From a virus (Duplodnaviria; Caudoviricetes): DNA of 64,000 nucleotides. Each line of letters opens with the position of its first letter. Positions within the stretch are counted from its first letter, which is position 1. The notes beneath the pieces were generated by a model, which ran no database searches, was not told the origin of the DNA, and was given only the letters and a program-made list of their open reading frames with translations. The stretch covers positions 96,001 through 160,000 of IMG/VR virus record IMGVR_UViG_2710264778_000001; one strand, written 5' to 3'. Below, in pieces: positions 54,833 through 64,000 of this stretch. A program made the position numbers and the translations under genes.

Positions 54833-55675
54833 ATGAACAAAGAAGAATTAAAACAATTTAAAAATGTTAAAAACTCAGATGGAGGATATGTTTATGTATT
54901 ATTAGCTAATGATAATACAGTAAAAATTGGTATAACAGTACATCCAATTACAAGAGTTAGACAAATTGAAAATGCATCAGGAAAATCAATAAATGATTAT
55001 TGCATAAGTAATCCATGTTCAAATTATATGGAAATAGAAAAGGATATGCATAAAAAGTTCAAAAAATATAGATTAGAAGGAGAATGGTTTAATTGTTCCT
55101 TTCAAAAGGCAGAAGAACAACTTAAAAATTATAAAACAATAAAAATAAAAAACAAATCGGCATTAGATAGATGTGAGGAAGAATTTAAAGCAATTAGTTT
55201 TGTAAAGTCATATTTGGAAGAATTTAAATATAAAGAATATAATGAACTTTCATTTAAATATGATTTATCAAAATGGGATAATAATGTAGATGATGTTAAT
55301 AAAATTAAAAATATGATAGAAGAAAATATAAATTATAATATAAAAGAAACTGGAAATGATGCTGAAGACTTTAATCAATATTTATATAAATATAGAGAAA
55401 ATATAAAAAACAATATAAAGGTTAGGGAGTCCATTCAAGAGTATTGTATGGATTATATTAATGATTTACAAGAAGATTCTTTTGCAAAACAAATTTTAAT
55501 TGAAAATAAGGATTATGAATTATTTGTTAGAATATTAGGAATACAAGAAATAATAAGAAATTATATTGTGGAACAAATTGTAAATAAATTAATGAATAAT
55601 ATAATATTAGAATTTCCAGAAGAATATGAACAATTAATAAAGAAGTATCGCACCAGGATAGAAGGTGCTAAATAA
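54833..55675 (+). CDS. T5orf172-like GIY-YIG domain protein
   Basis: GYVYVL...VKIGIT...R.RQI...EK.MH..F...R.EGEWF. Confidence 0.8.
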   Translation: MNKEELKQFKNVKNSDGGYVYVLLANDNTVKIGITVHPITRVRQIENASGKSINDYCISNPCSNYMEIEKDMHKKFKKYRLEGEWFNCSFQKAEEQLKNYKTIKIKNKSALDRCEEEFKAISFVKSYLEEFKYKEYNELSFKYDLSKWDNNVDDVNKIKNMIEENINYNIKETGNDAEDFNQYLYKYRENIKNNIKVRESIQEYCMDYINDLQEDSFAKQILIENKDYELFVRILGIQEIIRNYIVEQIVNKLMNNIILEFPEEYEQLIKKYRTRIEGAK

Positions 55676-56805
55676 TGAATTTAGAAAATTTAGAATTAAA
55701 AACTTATAAAAACTATAAAGAATTATGTAATGTATTAGAGTGGAATGTTAGTGATGGAAACACAAAGAAAAAACAATTAAGGATATTGAGTGAAATATGT
55801 AATTATGAAAAACAAGGAAACAAATTTATTATAAAAGAAATATATGATAATAAGGAAGTGTGTATGGATATGAGAGGAAAGCAAGATAATAATACACCTA
55901 AATATGTTGAAAGTATTGAATTAAATATTATTGGCGAGTTACTTACTAAAGGTACTGATGGTAAATATGTTGTTGGTCGTGGTGTATTACTTAGAAATGT
56001 TGGTTTGACTAATACTAATTATTCTTATTGCAAAAGAAGACAAGATAAATTGGCATCATATCTAGAAATTAAAAAAGAAGTGGTTAATGATTATTATAAT
56101 TGTGTTGATTCTATGCTAGTAGGTAATTTAGAAAAGGCTCTAAAGAATCTATCTAATAGAAAATTGATTCAATTAAATAGTACATTATTAATTTGTAAGA
56201 ATGTTATTACAGATGTTACATATGAACATATAACTAAAATAGATGAGTTTGATGAAGAAATTGAAATAGTTAAACCAGTTGTTCAATCTGATGTTATTTA
56301 TACTCAAGCAACCGATGATGAAAGAAAATTAATACTTGCTACAGAAAGTAAAGTCCTTATTGAAATGGGATTTGAAAAATTAACTGATGTATTTTTAAGA
56401 AATAAATTAAAGGAATATTATAATAAATGTTATAAAGCAATTAGAAAGGAAATAAAAGATATTAATTTCTATTTTCAAGCTTATGATATAATATTTGATT
56501 TTAATATATTAGCAAATGAATTAGAAAAACGTGGTTACGATGATTGGAGTAAAGAATTAAAAGAACAACAACAAAATATAGTTAACTTCGGTGCTATGGA
56601 TAGAATAATATCAAATGCAGAAAAGAGACAAGAAAAAGCTACTCCTGATTTTGGAGAATTATTGAAAGATGATAAAAAGTACATAAGAACACAAGATTAT
56701 TATTTGATAAATTATAATCAATTAAACAATAGTGTAGTAAATGTATATGCAAAAAATATTAAGGATAAAGTTAAGAAAACTAAAAAGTTGGACGTTCAGA
56801 AATAA
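55675..56805 (+). CDS. Hypothetical, possibly DNA-binding or replication-related protein
   Basis: N-terminal YKNYKELC...GN.KK.QL...G.KFII.EIY; followed by an inverted repeat. Confidence 0.5.
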   Translation: MNLENLELKTYKNYKELCNVLEWNVSDGNTKKKQLRILSEICNYEKQGNKFIIKEIYDNKEVCMDMRGKQDNNTPKYVESIELNIIGELLTKGTDGKYVVGRGVLLRNVGLTNTNYSYCKRRQDKLASYLEIKKEVVNDYYNCVDSMLVGNLEKALKNLSNRKLIQLNSTLLICKNVITDVTYEHITKIDEFDEEIEIVKPVVQSDVIYTQATDDERKLILATESKVLIEMGFEKLTDVFLRNKLKEYYNKCYKAIRKEIKDINFYFQAYDIIFDFNILANELEKRGYDDWSKELKEQQQNIVNFGAMDRIISNAEKRQEKATPDFGELLKDDKKYIRTQDYYLINYNQLNNSVVNVYAKNIKDKVKKTKKLDVQK

Positions 56806-56844
56806 TTATATTAAGAAGTAATTTAATGCATTCTGAACGTCCAA
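56788..56844. repeat. Perfect 14-bp inverted repeat
   Basis: TTGGACGTTCAGAA-N29-TTCTGAACGTCCAA. Confidence 0.9.
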
Positions 56845-57077
56845 TAAAATATAATTAAGTTTATAATTTGGATTGTGAGGAACGAACAAGACAAAAAGCC
56901 TGTCATGGCTTCGGAATGACAACAACTGATAAGGCGTTAGTGGATAACACAACATTATGAGTTAACACAATAATATGGGGATAGGGAACAAGTCGGAAGC
57001 CGTAGTTTCCTCCTTTTGGAGTTCCCTCCCCAAACCCCAACCTTTACCAACAATATTTTAATTTAACAAGTTATGGA

Positions 57078-57407
57078 GTGATTAAAATGAATATGAATAA
57101 AGAGGTTTCAGGTGTCTATATTATAAATAATGTTAGTAAAAATTCTGATAATGAATTATATATAAAAGTTGGATGTAGCAAACATTGTCTAAAGCGTTAC
57201 AAAGAAATACAAGCTAGTTACAGATTTAATGGAATAGATGATAAATTGGAATTAATTCAAATAATACCAGTAAAACAATATATGAAGCTTGAGAAACATA
57301 TACATATTTTATTAAATCATTTTCGCCAACTTGGAGAATATTTTAAGTTAAGTGAGAACAAGCTGAATGAGAAGTTATTTATGATAAACTTAGCAGATTA
57401 CAAATAA
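57078..57407 (+). CDS. Small T5orf172-like protein
   Basis: GVYII...IKVGCS....R...EKHIH..L...GEYF. Confidence 0.7.
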   Translation: MIKMNMNKEVSGVYIINNVSKNSDNELYIKVGCSKHCLKRYKEIQASYRFNGIDDKLELIQIIPVKQYMKLEKHIHILLNHFRQLGEYFKLSENKLNEKLFMINLADYK

Positions 57408-57610
57408 AATATAAATAAGTTGTATAAGATTAAGGATTAATTTCTTTAGTCTTATATAATTAAATGAAAATTAATATCTGCTTAAAATTATAGATTTAAG
57501 TTAAAGTTACTTCAATAAAGCCTATTAATTAGTAGGTTTTTAGAACTAACTAAGTGAGTATGTTAGCTAGATACTCATAGAAAATATATAACAGAAAGGA
57601 ATGATTTATA

Positions 57611-57922
57611 ATGGCAAATATATTAAAAGTATCATTAGAAAATAATGGATTTAACCAAAAAGTTGAAGTAAAATCAATTTCAGTTGAGTTAGATGCAGAT
57701 ATTACAGTAGCAGAAATAAATAATTATTTACCTAACAATGGTACAAGATTTAACACAGTTGATTATATAAGTTTAATTCCAAGTAACAGTAAAGCTACAA
57801 TATTAACCCCTAATACAATGTTTGTATGTGTTTTTCTTTCAGAAACAGGAACTAAAAATAGCGAAACTGGATATTTAGAAGGTACATGGAAATGCTTAGG
57901 TAAGAGAACTTATTTATCTTAA
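57611..57922 (+). CDS. Hypothetical protein heading the second fibre cluster
   Basis: AAAGGA RBS. Confidence 0.55.
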   Translation: MANILKVSLENNGFNQKVEVKSISVELDADITVAEINNYLPNNGTRFNTVDYISLIPSNSKATILTPNTMFVCVFLSETGTKNSETGYLEGTWKCLGKRTYLS

Positions 57923-57940
57923 AGAAAGGAGTGATAATAT

Positions 57941-60900
57941 ATGGTATCAATGGATGGACTTATGGCTTGGGTTCTTGCGAATGGATATACGGATGAAGTA
58001 GGTAGTGGTATATCTGGATTGAATCCAACTCCTACAGGTTTTGAATTAATAACAACAAGTGGTACGACTTTACCATTTACAATTCCAAATCTACATACAC
58101 ATAGTAATCTGAATAATATTTTAGAAAAACTTAGTTTAGATGTTAATAATAAATTATTGTTTGATGGTCAACCTATAGGGAATGGAGGAGATTTTAGCAA
58201 TTATGCATTAAAAAATGGTGATGTAAATAATGATTTTTTAGCCAACAATGTAACTGTAAAAGGCAATATCATGCCTTCAGCAAATGGCACTCAAAGTATT
58301 GGTTCACCAACTAATAGGTTCAAAGAAATATATGTTAATGAAGCAAAACTAAGTGTTAATACTTTGTATCTTGGAGATACACCTGTAATGGGAACAAATC
58401 AAGACACAATTGTAATTAAAGGTGATAAAGATCAAAGTATAGCAGTAAAAACAACTGGGATAGGAACAACGAATCTTATATCTGAGGGGAATGTAACATT
58501 ATCTACTTCTGGTATGAATGCTAATGTTAATGTTCAAGCAACTGGACAAGGAGCTAATGCCAATTTAAGTGCTACAAATCAAGTTAATCTAAATGCTCCA
58601 AACATAAATATCCAAGGAACTTCAACAGAAGTTAAGGGTGCTATGGCCGTTGATAGTCTTACTATTCGTGGAGATGTAACAATTAATGGTGGAGCAACCA
58701 CAATTCAATCTACAATAGTACCGGTTGAAGATAATATAATCGAACTTAATAAAGGTGAAGTTGGCTATGGTGTTACTGCTGGTAGAGCAGGTCTTAAAAT
58801 TGATAGAGGAGATGCTGATGATTATTTAATTATATTTGATGAAACAGATAATGACTCTTTAAAAATCGGAACAGATAGTGTTTTAAAAAAAGTTGCAACA
58901 GAGAATTATGTAGACAATAAAATTCCAACTATAACATCAAAAGCTGATAAAGTATTAAATTCAGTTAGTGGAGATATTGCTACTCTTGACACGAATGGAA
59001 ATTTAGTAGATAGCGGTAAAAAGATATCAGATTTAGTGCTTAATACTACTACTATTAATGGTAAAACTTTAAATTCAAATATAACATTAAATAAATCTGA
59101 TATTGGTTTAGGAAATGTTCCCAATATTGACACTACTAATGCTTCAAGCATTACAAATGGTACATTACCTCCAGCACAATTACCTGTAGCAACAAGTACA
59201 ACTATAGGTGGCGTTAAAGCTGGTACAAATATAACAATATCAGCAGATGGAACTATAAGCTCTACGGCAAATGGAAGTAATAATATAAATGATAATTTAA
59301 CTACATCTACTTCGAATACTTATTCAATAGATAAAATAGTATCATTATTAGCTAATAAACAAAATAAAATAATAGTATCAACTACAAAACCAACTGATTT
59401 AACTATAAATAATTTTTGGTTAGATATTTCTTCCAACACATCTTATAAATTATTAAGAAGTAATGGAACAGATTATATACAAATAGGAAGTTCATCAGGC
59501 ACAGATAATCAATTTGAAGTAGTAAGTACATTGCCAACAGAAAATATAAATACAAATAAAATGTATTTATTATCTAGTGATAATTCTATCAATGTTTATA
59601 ATGGAACTACATGGAACAATTATGGTGGAACTAATGCAGGTGGAGGATTGACACCAGAGCAAGAAACTCAAATATCAAATATACAATATAAACAAAATAT
59701 TTCAGATAATAATTTAACCACTCCAATAAAGCAAATTACACCAGCAATAAACTATTTAAATAGTTCATTAGAGACTGCAAAAACAGATATAAATTCAAAA
59801 GCAAGTGCTGATAATGTTGTTAATAATTCAACTTTTAATAGTCATGTTGATAGCAGGAATCCTCATCAAACTAAAATATCAAATCTTGCAGATGTACAAG
59901 TTAGTACTTTATTAGATGGGCAATCCATCATATATGATGCTACAAATAGTATTTTTAAAAATGCAACAATTAGTGGGACTACTGATGAAAAAGTAAAGTT
60001 AACAGCAAGTAGTACTAGTTCAGATTATTTAAGTAATCTAATTGATAATACAACCATACAGATAGCTAATAATAAAATAGTTGCAAAAACACTAGATGGA
60101 TTAAATGTAACATTATCAGAGCTAAATAATATCAGTGGATTAAATGAAAATATTATGACTAAGTTTTCAAACTTTGCAAATGGTGGAGTTCAAGTGTATA
60201 ATGGAGTATTTAGTTCGTATGCTAATTTATTAGCGTTTAATTTTTCAACATTAACTAGCGGAAAAACATATTTAATGTATGTTTCTTCAGATGAAAATCA
60301 TAGCAATAATGGAACAACTTATATGTGTAATAATACTACAAATAATAGTACTCAATTGCCTTATTATTGTGGTTTATCAAGTGCAACACAGAGAGATTTA
60401 ACAGTTAATAAAGTTAGTCTTACAACTGAGGTAAAAAATATTTTACCACAAGCTAATATGGATTTAACTGGAATTGCTAAAACAACGGATTTAAATGCAT
60501 ATATGAAAACAAGTGATTATACGGGAACAGGGACAACATCTGTAAATGTAGCAAAGGCATTACAAGGAATGGCAAGTACAATATCTCAAGTTGATAATTC
60601 AGTAAATTTAAGTCATTCTCATCCAAATAAATCATATATAGATAAATTAGGAGAAGATGCAAATGGAAAACCTACCTATAATGGGAGTCCAATAGGTTCA
60701 AGTACAATTAACTCAGATACTATGTTAATGTCTGTATATGATCCAAACAAAGATGGCTCAGTTTCAATGTCAGATAAGTTATCTAGTGAATTAACTGCAA
60801 GTAATGGAACTGTATATTATAAGAATAATAGTGGAGTCGTAGGATGGTTTCAGCCACCAATAACACCTCCAGAAACCTCTTCTATTAGACAATTAGAATT

Positions 60901-61207
60901 CCAGAACCTGACAACTAATATTCCACAAATCCAAGATTTTTACCCTGCACTAACTGATATAAAAGGCATCACTCAAATATATGAATTTATAGGTGGCACA
61001 TCTTTAACAGGATTAGTTGCAGACTTTACAAACATACTAACTATAAATAAAACTGATAATACAATAACTACATCTAATGGATTAAAGATTCAAGATAATT
61101 TTAATTATACACTAACAATAACTGATAATACTACATATGTAGTAAAAGAATCACAGATGATAGATGTAAATCAATATATAAATATATCATCTATTTCAAA
61201 TAGCTAG
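57941..61207 (+). CDS. Second tail or head fibre-like protein
   Basis: HTHSN, VEDNIIELN, DIGLGNV, GGVKAG.NI and NPH fibre motifs; shares a 51-bp repeat with 49796. Confidence 0.65.
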   Translation: MVSMDGLMAWVLANGYTDEVGSGISGLNPTPTGFELITTSGTTLPFTIPNLHTHSNLNNILEKLSLDVNNKLLFDGQPIGNGGDFSNYALKNGDVNNDFLANNVTVKGNIMPSANGTQSIGSPTNRFKEIYVNEAKLSVNTLYLGDTPVMGTNQDTIVIKGDKDQSIAVKTTGIGTTNLISEGNVTLSTSGMNANVNVQATGQGANANLSATNQVNLNAPNINIQGTSTEVKGAMAVDSLTIRGDVTINGGATTIQSTIVPVEDNIIELNKGEVGYGVTAGRAGLKIDRGDADDYLIIFDETDNDSLKIGTDSVLKKVATENYVDNKIPTITSKADKVLNSVSGDIATLDTNGNLVDSGKKISDLVLNTTTINGKTLNSNITLNKSDIGLGNVPNIDTTNASSITNGTLPPAQLPVATSTTIGGVKAGTNITISADGTISSTANGSNNINDNLTTSTSNTYSIDKIVSLLANKQNKIIVSTTKPTDLTINNFWLDISSNTSYKLLRSNGTDYIQIGSSSGTDNQFEVVSTLPTENINTNKMYLLSSDNSINVYNGTTWNNYGGTNAGGGLTPEQETQISNIQYKQNISDNNLTTPIKQITPAINYLNSSLETAKTDINSKASADNVVNNSTFNSHVDSRNPHQTKISNLADVQVSTLLDGQSIIYDATNSIFKNATISGTTDEKVKLTASSTSSDYLSNLIDNTTIQIANNKIVAKTLDGLNVTLSELNNISGLNENIMTKFSNFANGGVQVYNGVFSSYANLLAFNFSTLTSGKTYLMYVSSDENHSNNGTTYMCNNTTNNSTQLPYYCGLSSATQRDLTVNKVSLTTEVKNILPQANMDLTGIAKTTDLNAYMKTSDYTGTGTTSVNVAKALQGMASTISQVDNSVNLSHSHPNKSYIDKLGEDANGKPTYNGSPIGSSTINSDTMLMSVYDPNKDGSVSMSDKLSSELTASNGTVYYKNNSGVVGWFQPPITPPETSSIRQLEFQNLTTNIPQIQDFYPALTDIKGITQIYEFIGGTSLTGLVADFTNILTINKTDNTITTSNGLKIQDNFNYTLTITDNTTYVVKESQMIDVNQYINISSISNS
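59321..59371 (+). repeat. 51-bp exact direct repeat, copy 2
   Basis: Identical to 50705-50755. Confidence 0.9.
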
Positions 61208-61220
61208 GAGGTAAAATAAG

Positions 61221-62420
61221 ATGGCAGGAAGTGCAAAACCGTCAGTAGCAGGATTAGGAAGTCAAGCACAATATACAGTAATAGGAGTTGTTGGTTCACA
61301 AGGAAGTGGTGGTACAGTTTCAAATTGTGGTTTATTCGATGGAACAACAGTTAATGAGTGGAATACATCTCATGTAATGTATTGGAGTGGAAGTAGTACT
61401 TATTTAGAAATCAATATAATATCAAGCAAAGTTAATATATGGAGATGTGGGACTACATCATGGATTGGAAGTAAAGCGCCTCTTCAAATTTTACAATGGA
61501 ATGGGTCTGCATATATTGATGTAACAACGACATATGCTCAAACATTAAATTCAATAACAGAAACGCAATGGGAGAAAACTATAGCAAATTTACCATCTGG
61601 CAGATATAAATTTGTTGGCGTGAATGCTAGATTAGATAGTGAATGGTATATTGAATCAGTTGAATCAAAATATTTAATAAATTCAAGTATTGATAATAAA
61701 TTATATACAATAGCATCTGGAGCAATAGTTCAAACATCAGCTACAACAACTTCTGATAAATTTATTGCTGGATTCTCAATTAATGATTTAACATCTACTA
61801 TATTAACGTCAAACACATTAAAATCATTAAGCCCCTTTAAACTTATCAGTTTTAATACCACTAATGATGCTTATACAAAAATATCAGTAAATGCCACGAC
61901 TACAATATCAGAATTAATAGTATTAAATCAAAGTATTAATACTAAATTAGCTACATCTATAACAAAATATTTTACTGATAAAACATTAAGTGGTAATGGG
62001 AATATTAAAGTCGTTGTAAGTAATGATGATATGCTGACTTGGAAAACTTGGAATGGCACATCATGGATATCTTTAACTAATACAATAGTTAATAAATCAT
62101 ATACAAGTATGTCAACGACTGAGAAAACTCAATGGGATACATTTAAAAATGAAATAGCTAGTGTGGGAATGACCGATACAATATTACAAAGTGCTGATTT
62201 TAATCAATTTATAGGTCAGAATTTGAGATTTGCTTTTGTATTAATAAAACCAACTTATAATGATACAGCAGTTTTAAAAGATTTACAGTGGAATTACATA
62301 GGAAAAGATAATTATGTATTACTAAACAATAGTGATGTTAAAGTTAGTTTAAATGAAGACTTTATACAATTAACACCAACAAGAAATATAACAAAAGTCA
62401 AAGCCAATATAATTACTTAG
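61221..62420 (+). CDS. Putative virion adsorption or carbohydrate-binding protein
   Basis: LFDG...W and S.D...TWKTWNG.SW motifs; position after the fibre gene. Confidence 0.45.
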   Translation: MAGSAKPSVAGLGSQAQYTVIGVVGSQGSGGTVSNCGLFDGTTVNEWNTSHVMYWSGSSTYLEINIISSKVNIWRCGTTSWIGSKAPLQILQWNGSAYIDVTTTYAQTLNSITETQWEKTIANLPSGRYKFVGVNARLDSEWYIESVESKYLINSSIDNKLYTIASGAIVQTSATTTSDKFIAGFSINDLTSTILTSNTLKSLSPFKLISFNTTNDAYTKISVNATTTISELIVLNQSINTKLATSITKYFTDKTLSGNGNIKVVVSNDDMLTWKTWNGTSWISLTNTIVNKSYTSMSTTEKTQWDTFKNEIASVGMTDTILQSADFNQFIGQNLRFAFVLIKPTYNDTAVLKDLQWNYIGKDNYVLLNNSDVKVSLNEDFIQLTPTRNITKVKANIIT

Positions 62421-62434
62421 TGAGGTGATAATTA

Positions 62435-62767
62435 ATGTTGAAAATTGAAAATTGTACAAGTATTAATATGCCTAGTAATATTTATAAAAGTTATGAGGTG
62501 ATTGTTATTTCAGATATAGTTAAAACCGATGAAGGGTATACATATACAAAAAATTTTTATAATCCAATTGAATATAAGGATATTGAGGAACAATTAAGAC
62601 AAGAAAAAGATAATAGAATTAGTGATTTAGAAGATAAGAATAATAAATTAAACGAAACAATTAATAATTTAAGTCAGCTTACAGACACTTATAGTCAAAC
62701 TATTGATTTATTAATGTTTGATATATTACCTAATATTGTAACGACAGAAACAAATACAACAGAATAA
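62435..62767 (+). CDS. Putative fibre assembly protein
   Basis: Small coiled-coil protein after the fibre genes. Confidence 0.45.
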   Translation: MLKIENCTSINMPSNIYKSYEVIVISDIVKTDEGYTYTKNFYNPIEYKDIEEQLRQEKDNRISDLEDKNNKLNETINNLSQLTDTYSQTIDLLMFDILPNIVTTETNTTE

Positions 62768-62783
62768 ATGGAGGTGAAAGGAG

Positions 62784-62972
62784 GTGGAAAACCATATGAG
62801 TACATTTATAGCATTACAAATTATGAAAGCTTATGATACTAATGGACTAGAAGCTGGACAAGCTAAATATAGGGGATATTTTATATCAACTAAATTATAT
62901 TTAGCATATAAAGCAGATTGCGACACAATCTTAACTACAGACGGATATAGTCAAGTCATTGTAACAGTTTAA
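62784..62972 (+). CDS. Small fibre-associated protein
   Basis: Strong RBS; last gene before a terminator. Confidence 0.5.
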   Translation: MENHMSTFIALQIMKAYDTNGLEAGQAKYRGYFISTKLYLAYKADCDTILTTDGYSQVIVTV

Positions 62973-63002
62973 AAACAATATATATTTATAAATGACTAAT
63001 GA

Positions 63003-63049
63003 AATAGAGTAATTAGTAATAAGAAATTAAAACTAATTACTCTATTTTT
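63003..63049 (+). terminator. Intrinsic terminator
   Basis: AAATAGAGTAATTAGT...ACTAATTACTCTATTTT. Confidence 0.7.
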
Positions 63050-63460
63050 ACCTTAAATAACAATAAAAAATGATGGTTGAAAAATCTTCTATTGCCAATA
63101 TAATCTTAACATATGTTCGTATAAATTGTAAATATAAAAATAAGGAAGTGAAATTAAATTCTACTTCCCTACTTTGGTGTATTATGTGTATATCGTATCT
63201 AAACGGATATAAAAATAATTATAACATAATATCAGTTGTTTGTAAATATAGCTGAAATTTTATTTTGGATTTGAAAAGGTGTTTGGATTATAAAATACTA
63301 GCCTTTAATAAAAGTTTCATCGATATTTTTAACACAAAGGATTTTGGTCAGACAAAGTCAAAGTTAAGTTAAAAGAAAGATTTTATAAGAACATGAATGG
63401 CTCTATATCTGGGTTCGTGAAATTGAAATTCATAAAAATAAGTAGGATTCTCTCCTACTT

Positions 63461-63682
63461 TTAATATTCACGCAATCTTTTTAAAAAACGTTTCATTATT
63501 TCGTCATCATATAGTAGTTCTACTAGTATGTCTAGACATTTTGTACGTGGAACTTTAAGATCAGTATACATTTGTTTGAAGTCTTTATAATAATCTTCGC
63601 GAATTGATGTATAAATATCTACTCTATTGTATTCAAGGTAATCTTTATCTTTATAATATTTGTCTTTATATGTAAAACCCAT
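63461..63682 (-). CDS. Small ribbon-helix-helix-like regulator
   Basis: AAGGAG RBS; beta-helix-helix pattern (VDIYTSIREDYY); palindrome array upstream. Confidence 0.5.
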   Translation of the reverse strand: MGFTYKDKYYKDKDYLEYNRVDIYTSIREDYYKDFKQMYTDLKVPRTKCLDILVELLYDDEIMKRFLKRLREY

Positions 63683-64000
63683 AATATTCACTCCTTATAT
63701 ACATAATTATAACATATGTTAATAATATGGACAACATATTTGTAATAAATAATGTTTAAGCGAAAATATGTCTTACATATGTTAATAGTATAAAAGTTAT
63801 GTAATGCAAGTGATTTAAACAGGTTAAAGACATATGTTTATAAATTATAGAATCTTTGAAGAATAAATATACAAAATATATGAATATTAATACATAATAA
63901 AATTGAATATATGCATGGCTATATATGGAGTTTGTAATTGTACAGGCTCTTTTTATTATATAAAAATTTAGAATCAGAAAGGAATGATGATATGGGAAAA

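Noticed and set aside
4722-60662. Many short minus-strand ORFs opposite long genes (e.g. 14679, 20560, 25648, 29227, 38516, 47346, 58906)
   Set aside because: They are antisense shadows of well-supported genes with no recognisable motifs.
43662-61207. Diversity-generating retroelement acting on the fibre genes
   Set aside because: No reverse transcriptase was seen, and the 51-bp repeat is exact rather than adenine-variable.
63070-63255. 61-aa ORF
   Set aside because: It has no RBS, lies after a terminator and has no recognisable motif.

Overview
AT-rich window from a large SPbeta-like temperate siphophage or prophage of a Clostridium sensu stricto host (host inferred from the CW_binding_1-type repeats in the endolysin and a moron protein). 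Gene order: partial free-standing GIY-YIG endonuclease; YonO-type single-subunit RNA polymerase split in its catalytic motif by an ORF-less group I intron; HU, beta-CASP nuclease, YonK-like protein, metallophosphoesterase and ClpP-like protein; terminase, portal, protease/scaffold, capsid, neck and tail tube; a ~7.7 kb moron island; a tape measure gene split by a GIY-YIG-encoding group I intron; baseplate and fibre genes; GH25 endolysin and holin; a small insert; a second fibre-like cluster. The island holds a T5orf172 protein, a PemK-type TA pair, a secreted wall-binding protein, two FxLYD-like membrane proteins, a repressor/BRO switch and a type I TA pair. The main candidate novel system is the secreted wall-anchored moron protein (28946-29788), whose C-terminus matches a 48-aa segment of the phage's own tape measure protein (25/48 identical by hand), suggesting superinfection exclusion by a TMP decoy. 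Also notable: a recurrent intergenic 17-mer (candidate YonO promoter or operator), a candidate ~400-nt ncRNA, and an apparently circularly permuted DUF6273-like domain. All family calls come from motif recognition by eye; no database search was run.
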